This document shows, one piece after another, positions 40,601-49,760 of a DNA stretch of 64,000 nucleotides. The notes beneath the pieces are model-generated. The model was not told the DNA's origin. It saw only the letters and a program-made list of their open reading frames with translations, and did not search any database. A program made the translations under genes and the position numbers. Position 1 is the stretch's first letter, and each line of letters opens with the position of its first letter. Origin of the DNA: an uncultured Enhydrobacter sp. (GTDB lineage Bacteria; Pseudomonadota; Gammaproteobacteria; Pseudomonadales; Moraxellaceae). Location: positions 9,480-73,479 of the forward strand of contig CAMIOS010000009.1 of assembly GCA_946222995.1 (NCBI GenBank), given 5' to 3'.

Positions 40601-41305
40601 ATGAAGATATATCCACAAAAATTCTCTGTCATCGCCCTAAGCTGCTTATTCATGCTTAGTGCGTGTGATAAAAAAAATACCAATCAGACGACCACCCCCA
40701 CGGATGCCTCTATTACTAATTCTATGGCTTCTATTGCCACGACTATTGCCACGACTTCAGTTAGCGCATCAGCGAATAATCAAACTATCACAGGGATAAC
40801 CACCCAAAACAGCTTTTCATCGTCAGTTTATCCTAAAATTATGTCCACCATGCTGGTGGGTGGCATTCTGACAGCCTATGCCGATGAAAAACAACTCGAC
40901 GCTAACCAGCGCACATGTTTAATCCAAGCTGATTTATCAAAAGCTGCCCCGCAACTGCAAGCGATTTTTGACCAAAAACAATCCGCTGCCGATAAAAAAG
41001 CCTTTGACGAGATATATAGTGGTCAAACAGGCAAGCAAGCACTTGATTTTACCACGCAGTCGATTCGTTTTGGCATGGGGTTATTGGGCGATCAACCACC
41101 GACGCTTAATCCTAGCGATAAAGCCAAAATTGACGCTTTTAATCAGTCTGCACCTGCTCAACATATCAAAACCTTAATTGACGAAAAACAAGAGTTGACT
41201 ATTATTTTGCCCATTGTCAACGAGCAAATCAAACGTTGTGGTTTTCAAGAAATTCCCATGCAGGCTATTTTAGCTCAACTGCCTGCCTCTAATAGCCAAC
41301 CGTAA
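40601..41305 (+). CDS. Hypothetical lipoprotein
   Basis: Signal peptide plus lipobox LSAC-D. Ser/Thr-rich region after the Cys. No recognised domain. Confidence 0.6.
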   Translation: MKIYPQKFSVIALSCLFMLSACDKKNTNQTTTPTDASITNSMASIATTIATTSVSASANNQTITGITTQNSFSSSVYPKIMSTMLVGGILTAYADEKQLDANQRTCLIQADLSKAAPQLQAIFDQKQSAADKKAFDEIYSGQTGKQALDFTTQSIRFGMGLLGDQPPTLNPSDKAKIDAFNQSAPAQHIKTLIDEKQELTIILPIVNEQIKRCGFQEIPMQAILAQLPASNSQP

Positions 41306-41396
41306 TTTAATTCTAGGAAATAACACACAATCAAAACTGCAATTTTGCTGCAATTTTGCTATGCTATTTGCGACTAAAACATAGGAAAAACCGTAT

Positions 41397-42749
41397 ATGA
41401 GTTATTTTGGTACTGATGGGATTCGAGGTAAGTTTGGCGAAATGCCTATCCATCCGCAATTTTTAATTAAACTTGGCTACGCCACAGGCAAGGTGTTGCT
41501 CGACAACCGAACTGACCACTCTAATCATCACCCAAATGTTATTATTGGCAAAGATACTCGCCTATCTGGCTATGTTATTGAAGCGTGTCTGCAAGCGGGT
41601 TTTAATGCCGCTGGCGTCGATGTTCATATGCTTGGCGTGATTCCTACGCCTGCGATTGCGCATCTTACCCGCAGTTTTCATGCGGATGCGGGCGTGGTGA
41701 TTTCAGCATCGCATAATCCATTTTATGACAATGGCGTAAAAATTTTTTCTAGTGAAGGCAAAAAAATCTCTGACGACATGCAACAAGCAATTAATGAAAA
41801 ACTGGCAGAAATTGAACATACAAATATCAATATAGACAATCCTGAAGCATTGGGGCGTCATTTTCGTGTTGAAGATGCCAAAGGGCGTTATATCGAGTTT
41901 TGTAAAGGTTCATTTCCTTATAATCTTAACCTAAATCGCCTAAAAATTGTTGTCGATTGTGCCAACGGGGCAGGTTATAGCGTCGCCCCAAGAGTGCTTC
42001 GTGAATTGGGGGCGCATGTGGTTAGTATTGGCACTGATCCCAACGGTACTAATATCAATGACAATATTGGCTCAACCCATCCTGCGGCATTGCAACAAGC
42101 AGTTTTAGCCAATCAAGCAGATTTGGGCATTGCGCTTGATGGTGATGGTGATCGTATTATTATGGTCGATGAAAAAGGCAAATTGGTCGATGGTGATGTG
42201 ATTCTCTATATTTTAGCCACCAAAGGTGAGCAAAAAGCCAAAGGCGTGGTGGGCACACTTATGTCCAATATGGGGTTACAACTGGCTTTTGAGCGAGAGG
42301 GTATTGCTTTTGAACGTGCCAAAGTCGGTGACCGTTATGTCATGCAAGGCTTGGAAAAAAATAACTGGACGTTGGGTGGTGAATCTTCTGGACATATTTT
42401 GACCCTTGATAAAGCCACAACAGGTGATGCGATAGTGGCAGGCTTGCAAGTTTTAGCTATCTTGGCTAACACCAATCAAACATTGGGTGACCTCACTAAG
42501 GGCTATAATGAACTGCCGCAGAAACTGATCAATGTCCGCCTACCAATAAAACAAGACCCATATAATTTTCCAAACTTAGTAGAAAAGTTTAATCAAGCTG
42601 AAGATAAGCTAAAAGGTCGTGGTCGTCTACTCATTCGTCAGTCAGGGACAGAGCCACTTATTCGTGTGATGGTCGAAAGCGATGATGAAATTGAATGTGA
42701 TATGCTTGCCAATGAATTAGCGGCTGCGGTCAAAGCAGAAATGGCATAA
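41397..42749 (+). CDS. glmM: Phosphoglucosamine mutase
   Basis: [14 protein letters not shown], active-site SASHNP, and GDGDR. Confidence 0.9.
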   Translation: MSYFGTDGIRGKFGEMPIHPQFLIKLGYATGKVLLDNRTDHSNHHPNVIIGKDTRLSGYVIEACLQAGFNAAGVDVHMLGVIPTPAIAHLTRSFHADAGVVISASHNPFYDNGVKIFSSEGKKISDDMQQAINEKLAEIEHTNINIDNPEALGRHFRVEDAKGRYIEFCKGSFPYNLNLNRLKIVVDCANGAGYSVAPRVLRELGAHVVSIGTDPNGTNINDNIGSTHPAALQQAVLANQADLGIALDGDGDRIIMVDEKGKLVDGDVILYILATKGEQKAKGVVGTLMSNMGLQLAFEREGIAFERAKVGDRYVMQGLEKNNWTLGGESSGHILTLDKATTGDAIVAGLQVLAILANTNQTLGDLTKGYNELPQKLINVRLPIKQDPYNFPNLVEKFNQAEDKLKGRGRLLIRQSGTEPLIRVMVESDDEIECDMLANELAAAVKAEMA

Positions 42750-42774
42750 ATTATTGATAATTATAAGGAAAAAA

Positions 42775-43446
42775 ATGAGTATCGATTTTACCAATCAACG
42801 GCAATCATATGAACAAGGGCAATTACTTGAAGATAACTTGCCAACGTTACCATACCCGTTATTGCAAACTTGGATACAACAAGCCATCGCTGCCAAGCAA
42901 GGGGAGGCCTATGCATTTGCATTAGCCACCTGTGGGCGAGATAATCAACCTAGCGTACGAACTGTGCTAATGCGAGAAATTACCGAGCTTGGGCAAAATG
43001 GTCAAAAAGATGGCGTGGGTTTAACGTTTTATACCAATTATGACAGTGCCAAAGGTAGTGATTTAGCCGCCAACCCGCAAGCCGAAGCGTTATTTTTTTG
43101 GGCAAGTTTAGAGCGACAAGTGCGAATCACAGGACACGTTTATAAGGTTAGCCGTGAACAGTCCGAAACCTACTACCACCAACGCCCTCGTGATAGCCAA
43201 CTTGCAGCTTGGGTCAGTGAACCACAAAGCGGCGTAGTCGACAGTCGGGAGACCATGGAAGCCAAATTCGAGCAAATCTCTCAACACTACGATGGCAAAG
43301 CCGTACCTATGCCTGAGTTTTGGGGAGGCTACCAATTAGTTGCCGAACAAATCGAATTTTGGCAAGGTCGCCCTAATCGGATGCATGACCGTATTGTCTA
43401 TGCGTGGACGGGTAGCGAGTGGATTAAAGAGCGACTCTTGCCTTGA
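42775..43446 (+). CDS. pdxH: Pyridoxamine 5'-phosphate oxidase
   Basis: FMN-binding split barrel, ~223 aa from MSIDF. C-terminal motif EFWQGRPNRMHDR. Confidence 0.9.
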   Translation: MSIDFTNQRQSYEQGQLLEDNLPTLPYPLLQTWIQQAIAAKQGEAYAFALATCGRDNQPSVRTVLMREITELGQNGQKDGVGLTFYTNYDSAKGSDLAANPQAEALFFWASLERQVRITGHVYKVSREQSETYYHQRPRDSQLAAWVSEPQSGVVDSRETMEAKFEQISQHYDGKAVPMPEFWGGYQLVAEQIEFWQGRPNRMHDRIVYAWTGSEWIKERLLP

Positions 43447-43495
43447 CTTGATAAGTCCTTGCTAATCGATTAAATCAGTATTACTCGATAATCTG

Positions 43496-43538
43496 CAAGA
43501 TTTATCCTCCAAAATTCGCAAGAGATGGATAAATCTTG
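43496..43538. promoter_or_regulatory. 12-bp perfect inverted repeat (CAAGATTTATCC...GGATAAATCTTG) with a 19-nt spacer, upstream of nadK
   Basis: Seen directly. Lies between pdxH and nadK. No T-run, so not a typical terminator. Confidence 0.3.
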
Positions 43539-43587
43539 TGTTAAACTTGTGCTAAAATAGCCACTTTCTTCAGTAATCTAGCATCAT

Positions 43588-44535
43588 ATGCCGCCAACGA
43601 CTTCAATTCTTCCCACTGTTTCCTCGCCTGTGTTTCGCCGTATTGGTATCATGGGGCGAGCCAATAAAACCGCCATTATTCAAACCATTTATCAATTGTG
43701 TGATTTTTTTCATGCCCAAGGTTTACCGTTATTGATTGATCATCAGACGGTACGGTTGCCTTTGTTGGAAGCTAAGCGGTTGGGTGAGGTGCAGATTGTG
43801 GAGCGTAACCGTTTAGGCGGTGAGTGCGATTTGGTCGTGGTGGTAGGGGGTGATGGTTCGCTTCTGCATGCCGCCCAAGTACTGGCAAAATATGGCGTGC
43901 CTGTCGTTGGTGTTAATCGTGGTCGGTTGGGATTTTTGGCTGATATTCATCCCGAAAAGTTTGCTGAACAGTTTTCGGCCATTTTAAATGGGCAATACCA
44001 AATCGAGCATCGTTTTTTGCTCAAAATGGCAATCAAGCAAGGTAGCCATGTGATTTATGAAGATATGGCGCTTAATGATGTCGTGTTGCATGCGGGCAAA
44101 TCAGTGCATATGCTGGATTTTAATCTTAAAATCGATGGGCTAGATGTGTATCGTCAACATAGTGATGGACTGATTGCAGCGACCCCAACAGGCTCGACAG
44201 CCTATGCGTTATCGGGTGGTGGTCCGATTGTCCATCCGAGTATGGATGCTATCTGCCTAGTACCTATGCATCCGCATACGCTTTCTAGTCGCCCAATTGT
44301 GGTGAGTGGTAATAGCGAAATCAAAATCCGTATTCACAAAGACAATCGCACCCAACCGATGGTAAGTGCCGATGGTAAGCCCTCTGTGCCACTCAATCAA
44401 AATCAGCGATTGTTAATTCACAAACACCCCAATAAACTCTCGCTCTTACATCCCATCGGTGTGGATTTTTTTGAAGCCTGCCGCACCAAGTTGGGATGGA
44501 ATACGTATGCCGAAGAATTTTCGTTAGACAATTAA
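43588..44535 (+). CDS. nadK: NAD(+) kinase
   Basis: GGDGSLL motif and NRGRLGFL. Full-length alignment with E. coli NadK. Confidence 0.9.
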   Translation: MPPTTSILPTVSSPVFRRIGIMGRANKTAIIQTIYQLCDFFHAQGLPLLIDHQTVRLPLLEAKRLGEVQIVERNRLGGECDLVVVVGGDGSLLHAAQVLAKYGVPVVGVNRGRLGFLADIHPEKFAEQFSAILNGQYQIEHRFLLKMAIKQGSHVIYEDMALNDVVLHAGKSVHMLDFNLKIDGLDVYRQHSDGLIAATPTGSTAYALSGGGPIVHPSMDAICLVPMHPHTLSSRPIVVSGNSEIKIRIHKDNRTQPMVSADGKPSVPLNQNQRLLIHKHPNKLSLLHPIGVDFFEACRTKLGWNTYAEEFSLDN

Positions 44536-44664
44536 GGCGTGTTCTAAATTTTAGTACAAATTAGTATACAAGCAAACTAATGTACTGATTTAAGATGATA
44601 AGCTAGTTTCTATCAGCCCGTTACCCTACTGAATTTTTTAGTTGATAAAAATAACGAGAACCAC

Positions 44665-45384
44665 ATGACCTCCCATTTAACCGAACAACAACAAGCGATT
44701 TTAGCCAATGTCAAAATGCCTGAGGATTGGAAAACTGCCTTGGCCAAAGAGCTGACCAGTGACAATATGGCAAATATTCGCGCCTTTTTAAAACAAGCCT
44801 ATGCCGAGGGTAAAACGATTTACCCAGCGGGCAGTTTAATGTTTAATGCCTTTAATCTAACGCCATTGTCCAATGTCAAAGCGGTAATACTTGGACAAGA
44901 CCCGTATCACGGGGCGGGGCAGGCGATGGGTTTGTCGTTTTCTGTGCCAAAAGCGATCCCAAAGCCGCCCAGTTTGCAAAATATTTTGCGTGAATTGTCC
45001 TCAGATTTGGGCATCGCGCCCTCTCGACATGGGGATTTGACCCATTGGGCACAGCAAGGCGTACTACTGCTTAACAGCATATTATCGGTAGAAGCGCAGC
45101 AGGCGGGAAGTCATCAAGGTAAAGGTTGGGAGCAATTTACTGATGCGGTAATAGACGCGGTCAACACACACTGTGACCATTGTGTGTTTATTTTATGGGG
45201 CAGTTATGCCAAGAAAAAAGGGCGATTTATTGATACCAATAAGCACTTGATTTTGACCGCCACGCACCCATCCCCCTTGGGTGCTAATCGGGGCGGGTTT
45301 TTTGGTACCAAGCCCTTTTCTAAAGCCAATGACTTTCTCATCGCGCATGGTAAAGCCCCGATTGATTGGCGTTTACCGCAATAA
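44665..45384 (+). CDS. ung: Uracil-DNA glycosylase
   Basis: GQDPYHGAGQAMGLSFSV and the HPSPL motif. Confidence 0.9.
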   Translation: MTSHLTEQQQAILANVKMPEDWKTALAKELTSDNMANIRAFLKQAYAEGKTIYPAGSLMFNAFNLTPLSNVKAVILGQDPYHGAGQAMGLSFSVPKAIPKPPSLQNILRELSSDLGIAPSRHGDLTHWAQQGVLLLNSILSVEAQQAGSHQGKGWEQFTDAVIDAVNTHCDHCVFILWGSYAKKKGRFIDTNKHLILTATHPSPLGANRGGFFGTKPFSKANDFLIAHGKAPIDWRLPQ

Positions 45385-45869
45385 CTTCCATGAATAATTT
45401 TACCGCTTTACAACATAGCTATATGCAAATCGCTCTTGCTTGTGCTGAGTATGGGGCAAGTAAAGGCGAAGTTCCTGTCGGCGCCGTAGTGGTCTATCAA
45501 AATCGCATCGTCGCCACGGGTTTTAACCAGCCGATTGTAGCGCAAGATGCCACAGCCCATGCCGAAATCGTTGCTATCCGTCGTGCTTGTCAAGTGGCTA
45601 AAAATTATCGTTTGCCAAAAGGTTGTGAGCTTTATGTCACCCTAGAGCCTTGCACCATGTGTCTAGGGGCAATCATACATGCTAGGGTATCCAAGCTGAT
45701 TTTTGCCGCCACCGAGCCACGAGCAGGCATGATTGTCAGCCAGCAAAACCTTGCACAACACAGTTTTTATAATCATCATTTGCACATCGAACACGGACTC
45801 ATGGCAGACGACAGTCGGCAATTATTACAACAATTTTTTCGGCACAGACGCCAAAGCAAAAAGGTATAA
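45366..45869 (+). CDS. tadA: tRNA adenosine(34) deaminase
   Basis: HAE...PCTMC zinc-binding CDA motifs. Confidence 0.9.
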   Translation: MAFTAITSMNNFTALQHSYMQIALACAEYGASKGEVPVGAVVVYQNRIVATGFNQPIVAQDATAHAEIVAIRRACQVAKNYRLPKGCELYVTLEPCTMCLGAIIHARVSKLIFAATEPRAGMIVSQQNLAQHSFYNHHLHIEHGLMADDSRQLLQQFFRHRRQSKKV

Positions 45870-45894
45870 AAAAAGACGAAAATGCATTTCGTCC
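45870..45894. terminator. Hairpin terminator between tadA and the hopJ-like gene (mainly for the minus-strand transcript)
   Basis: AAAAA-GACGAAA-ATGCA-TTTCGTC. The T-run is on the minus-strand reading. Confidence 0.5.
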
Positions 45895-45923
45895 TTCTGC
45901 TTATCTAACATTTGAAAATGGCC

Positions 45924-46286
45924 TTATTTAGCAACCAAGCAATTTTTCGGCATTAAAAAACCTTGCCAACCAAAAAATGAGAAATTGCGAATATTGGCAT
46001 GATTGGTGCCCTTTGGTTCATCTTTAACCGCTTGATAATGTTCAGCAAATAACTTTAGAGTTGAAAGCTTATCTAGACCACATAACTGTGCTAGACCAAA
46101 AACTTTACAGCTACCTTCATTTTCGCCTGCTGCGTTATGCAGTTCGCCATTGATAAATGGCACAGGCGTATAAGTAAAATGCCGTTCAATAAACCCAAGC
46201 ACTTGCGCAAAATTGGCTGTACCTTTATCCAATTGGGTAAACAATTGCGATAATTCCCGATCTTTTAGCGAAGTAGCAGCGGGCAT
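45924..46286 (-). CDS. HopJ type III effector family protein
   Basis: 120 aa. The central block NGE..NAAGENEGSCKVFGLAQL and C-terminal GTNHANIRNF..GWQG resemble the HopJ (PF08888) family. Recognised from memory only. Confidence 0.5.
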   Translation of the reverse strand: MPAATSLKDRELSQLFTQLDKGTANFAQVLGFIERHFTYTPVPFINGELHNAAGENEGSCKVFGLAQLCGLDKLSTLKLFAEHYQAVKDEPKGTNHANIRNFSFFGWQGFLMPKNCLVAK

Positions 46287-46412
46287 TTAATTACCTTTTA
46301 TTTAATAGATCAGCCAATCTATCATGCACACATCGAGCAAGGGTTAGTGATCTAGGGGAAATTTTTAACATATTATTAAATAATATTTGACTATATTTAA
46401 CAATCTTAACTA

Positions 46413-46925
46413 TTAACGATTATAGTAATCTTCGTCAAACGGGTCGAAATTTTGATTAAAATTACTGTTGTTCTCTACACCTTGCTTATCATAGCTATGA
46501 TTAAAATTGCGATTTTCCAAATGATTCATACTGCCTGATGGCACACGCTCTGAGCCAAAACCCGAATGCGCGGCTTGCGACTGACCTGTACGCTGTATCA
46601 CTCTTGGATATCGGCGTTCTGAATTAAGACCGATTCGTTCAGGGCGCTCACTACTGTGTTCTGTCGCATAACTGCGACCTGTCTCCAAATGCCGATTGTT
46701 ATCAAAATTGCTGTAACCATAGCCGCTATTCTCGTTAGGATAGTCCGTATCTTGACCGGTTTTTTCATGCAAAATACGTTGATAAATTTCTTCGCGGTGT
46801 ACAGCAATATCTTTTGGCGCATTCACTCCCAAGCGGACTTGGTTACCTTTGACACCCAGTACGGTGACGCTTACTTCATCACCAATCATTAAGGTTTCGC
46901 CCACACGGCGAGTTAAAATTAACAT
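46413..46925 (-). CDS. csrA: Carbon storage regulator CsrA with a ~105-aa low-complexity C-terminal extension
   Basis: First 60 aa are canonical CsrA ([51 protein letters not shown]). The ORF then continues to 170 aa, rich in N/S/G/E/R/Y. lysC lies upstream, as in Pseudomonas (lysC-rsmA). Confidence 0.85.
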   Translation of the reverse strand: MLILTRRVGETLMIGDEVSVTVLGVKGNQVRLGVNAPKDIAVHREEIYQRILHEKTGQDTDYPNENSGYGYSNFDNNRHLETGRSYATEHSSERPERIGLNSERRYPRVIQRTGQSQAAHSGFGSERVPSGSMNHLENRNFNHSYDKQGVENNSNFNQNFDPFDEDYYNR

Positions 46926-47346
46926 GCGTCACACTCCTTATGTCGCAACTTGTTATAGAAGTAATAGATGCTAAAAAATGAATTAAAAAATTGACGATTA
47001 AAAGCCCGTATAGATGGATAAAACTATACGTTATGCTGCCCAAATGCATAAAGAGCTTTCATACTACAATGTTTTTATCACAAAATCATCTAAAATTTCT
47101 TTAGGGTGTCGGTTATTTAATCACTTAATGCATCAAAAACCATAGAATGGTAATAGCGTGTTTCAAATATCGCTATTATATTTAAGTCATTAAACACGAA
47201 CCTATAACAACAAGTTGAGCCCAAATTTAAAATAAAAATTATTAAAAAATAGGTAGTAATTATAATGCAATTGGCAAAATAAAAAAGGCTAACCGACAGA
47301 AAAATCTATCCATTAGCCCAAATAATTGATAAAAATTACAAATGCT

Positions 47347-48630
47347 TTAGAGTCCAGCAACCTTGCTTTCACCCTCTTCACGGTCTAACCCAAATGCTGT
47401 ATGTAAAGCTTTTACCGCTTTTTCTAGACACTCTTCTTGAATCAGTACCGATACTTTGATTTCACTGGTAGAAATCATTTGGATGTTAATATTGTTTTCT
47501 GCCAATGTTTCAAACATTTTGCTTGCCACACCAGCATGTGACCGCATACCTACACCCACCAACGATACTTTAACCACATTATTATTGCCAAGCACTTCTT
47601 TACCGCCAATTTCGGCAAGATTTTTTTGTAAAATCTCAAGCGTTTTTTCATAATCACCCCGATTAACGGTAAAGGTAAAATCGGTCAATCCATGCTCTGC
47701 AATGTTTTGGATAATCATATCAATTTCGATATTCGCAGCACTTACTGGGCTTAGGATAGAGGAGGCAACCCCAGGACGGTCAGGCACTGCAAGAATTGAT
47801 ATTTTTGCTTCGTCACGGTTAAAGGCGATGCCTGAGATAATGGCTTTTTCCATGTCTTGTCCTTCGTCAGTTGTGATTAATGTGCCCACGTTGTTTTTAA
47901 AGTTATCGTCAAATTTACCATCGACATTGTCATCAAAGCTTGAGAGTACCCGAAGCGGCACTTGGTATTTGCCTGCAAACTCTACTGAACGAATTTGCAA
48001 CACTTTTGAGCCAAGCGAAGCCATCTCTAACATTTCTTCAAAGGTAATTTTATCAAGCTTTTTGGCTTTTGAGGTGACCCGCGGGTCAGTGGTATAAACC
48101 CCATCAACATCGGTATAAATTTGGCATTCATCTGCCGACAATGCCGCTGCCAATGCCACGCCTGTGGTGTCTGAACCACCACGTCCGAGTGTATTAATAT
48201 CGCCGTGGTCATCCATGCCTTGAAATCCAGCGACCACAACCACCATGCCGTTATCAAGGGCGGCACGTAATTGGGTGTCATCAATATGCTGGATACGGGC
48301 TTTGGTGTGGCTGTCATCGGTACGAATAGCGACTTGTCCGCCTGTCATGGACTTGGCATTGATACCAATTTCTTTGAGTGCCATTGCTAATAGCGAGATA
48401 GATACTTGTTCACCTGTGGACACCATTTGGTCATATTCACGGGGGTCTGGGTGCTTGCTGATTTGTTTGGCTAAATCGATAAGGCGGTTGGTTTCACCGC
48501 TCATGGCTGATACCACCACCACAATTTGATGTCCATTATCATGCCAGCGTTTGACTCGTTGTGCCACGTTTTTGATACGGTCGATACTGCCCATTGAAGT
48601 GCCGCCGTATTTTTGTACTATTAACGCCAT
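47347..48630 (-). CDS. lysC: Aspartate kinase (with ACT domains)
   Basis: MALIVQKYGGTSMGS... matches the aspartokinase N-terminus, with C-terminal tandem ACT domains. Confidence 0.9.
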   Translation of the reverse strand: MALIVQKYGGTSMGSIDRIKNVAQRVKRWHDNGHQIVVVVSAMSGETNRLIDLAKQISKHPDPREYDQMVSTGEQVSISLLAMALKEIGINAKSMTGGQVAIRTDDSHTKARIQHIDDTQLRAALDNGMVVVVAGFQGMDDHGDINTLGRGGSDTTGVALAAALSADECQIYTDVDGVYTTDPRVTSKAKKLDKITFEEMLEMASLGSKVLQIRSVEFAGKYQVPLRVLSSFDDNVDGKFDDNFKNNVGTLITTDEGQDMEKAIISGIAFNRDEAKISILAVPDRPGVASSILSPVSAANIEIDMIIQNIAEHGLTDFTFTVNRGDYEKTLEILQKNLAEIGGKEVLGNNNVVKVSLVGVGMRSHAGVASKMFETLAENNINIQMISTSEIKVSVLIQEECLEKAVKALHTAFGLDREEGESKVAGL

Positions 48631-48882
48631 AGTCGTGTTACCCTACCTTGTTTCAAAAAATTGATCAAATAGCCAAATATACCAAACCCAATAAATTTTT
48701 TTGCAGGATGGGCAGGAGTAATACGCGCCCACTTTAATTTTTTGGAATGGTATAAGCTAAAAAGCGTTCGTTATTATCTGTGACCCTCTGCAGAAATAAC
48801 GGTACTTTATATCATATTTGTAAATTATGGGGCAAGGCTATTTTGCAAAAACCTATCGGTTTATTGTCAAAGATGGGCTGAT

Positions 48883-49668
48883 TTAGTCAATACTTTGTAA
48901 GGGTAACACCACAGCGCGTTGCATCGCAGGACGTTGATGGATTTGATGAGCCCAGCGCTGCAAATGGGTGTAACGATGAACTTGTAAAAACTCGGCAGCA
49001 TTATATAGTTTGCCCAGTGCCAATTGACCATACCACGCCCAGATCGCCATATCAGCAATCGTATACGCATCATCACACAAATATTGATGATTGGTGAAAT
49101 GCAAGTCAAGTACATCCAACTGGCGTTTGGTTTCCATGGTAAAGCGGTTAATAGGGTATTCTTGCTTGGTTGGCGCATACGCGTAAAAATGTCCAAAACC
49201 ACCGCCTAAATACGGGGCAGAGCCAATTTGCCAAAATAGCCAGCACAAACATTCGGCTCTTTTAGCAGGGTCATTCGGAATAAACCGCTCAAATTTTTCT
49301 GCCAAATACAGCAAAATCGCACCTGATTCAAATAATTTGACTGCAGGCGTGACACTGTTATCGACAAGGGCAGGGATTTTTGAATTGGGGTTTATCGCCA
49401 CAAAATCCGAGCCAAACTGGTCACCTTTGGATATGTCAATTTTATAGGCATCATAGTCTGCACCCGTCACGCCCAGCTCGGCCAGCTCTTCAAGAAGTAT
49501 ATTGACTTTCACGCCATTGGGTGTGTTAAGACTATATAGCTGTAATGGCTGTTTGCCAATGGGTAGAGTTTGCTCATGGGTCGCCCCTGCGGTGGGGCGG
49601 TTGATATTGGCGAATGTGCCGCCATGGTCGGTGTCGTTTGTCCAAATTTTTGGGGGTTGGTAGCTCAT
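48883..49668 (-). CDS. Nu-class glutathione S-transferase (YghU-like)
   Basis: GGTFANINRPTAGATHEQTLPIGKQPLQLYSLNTPNGVKVNILLEEL closely matches the E. coli YghU N-terminus. Confidence 0.8.
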   Translation of the reverse strand: MSYQPPKIWTNDTDHGGTFANINRPTAGATHEQTLPIGKQPLQLYSLNTPNGVKVNILLEELAELGVTGADYDAYKIDISKGDQFGSDFVAINPNSKIPALVDNSVTPAVKLFESGAILLYLAEKFERFIPNDPAKRAECLCWLFWQIGSAPYLGGGFGHFYAYAPTKQEYPINRFTMETKRQLDVLDLHFTNHQYLCDDAYTIADMAIWAWYGQLALGKLYNAAEFLQVHRYTHLQRWAHQIHQRPAMQRAVVLPLQSID

Positions 49669-49760
49669 GGGTTGTTCCTTACATTACTAGAATTATTAAA
49701 AGTTTAATCTTTTATAGGGTAAGTGGTTAAAAGGTTGGTTTTGTAAACTTTTAGATAGAT

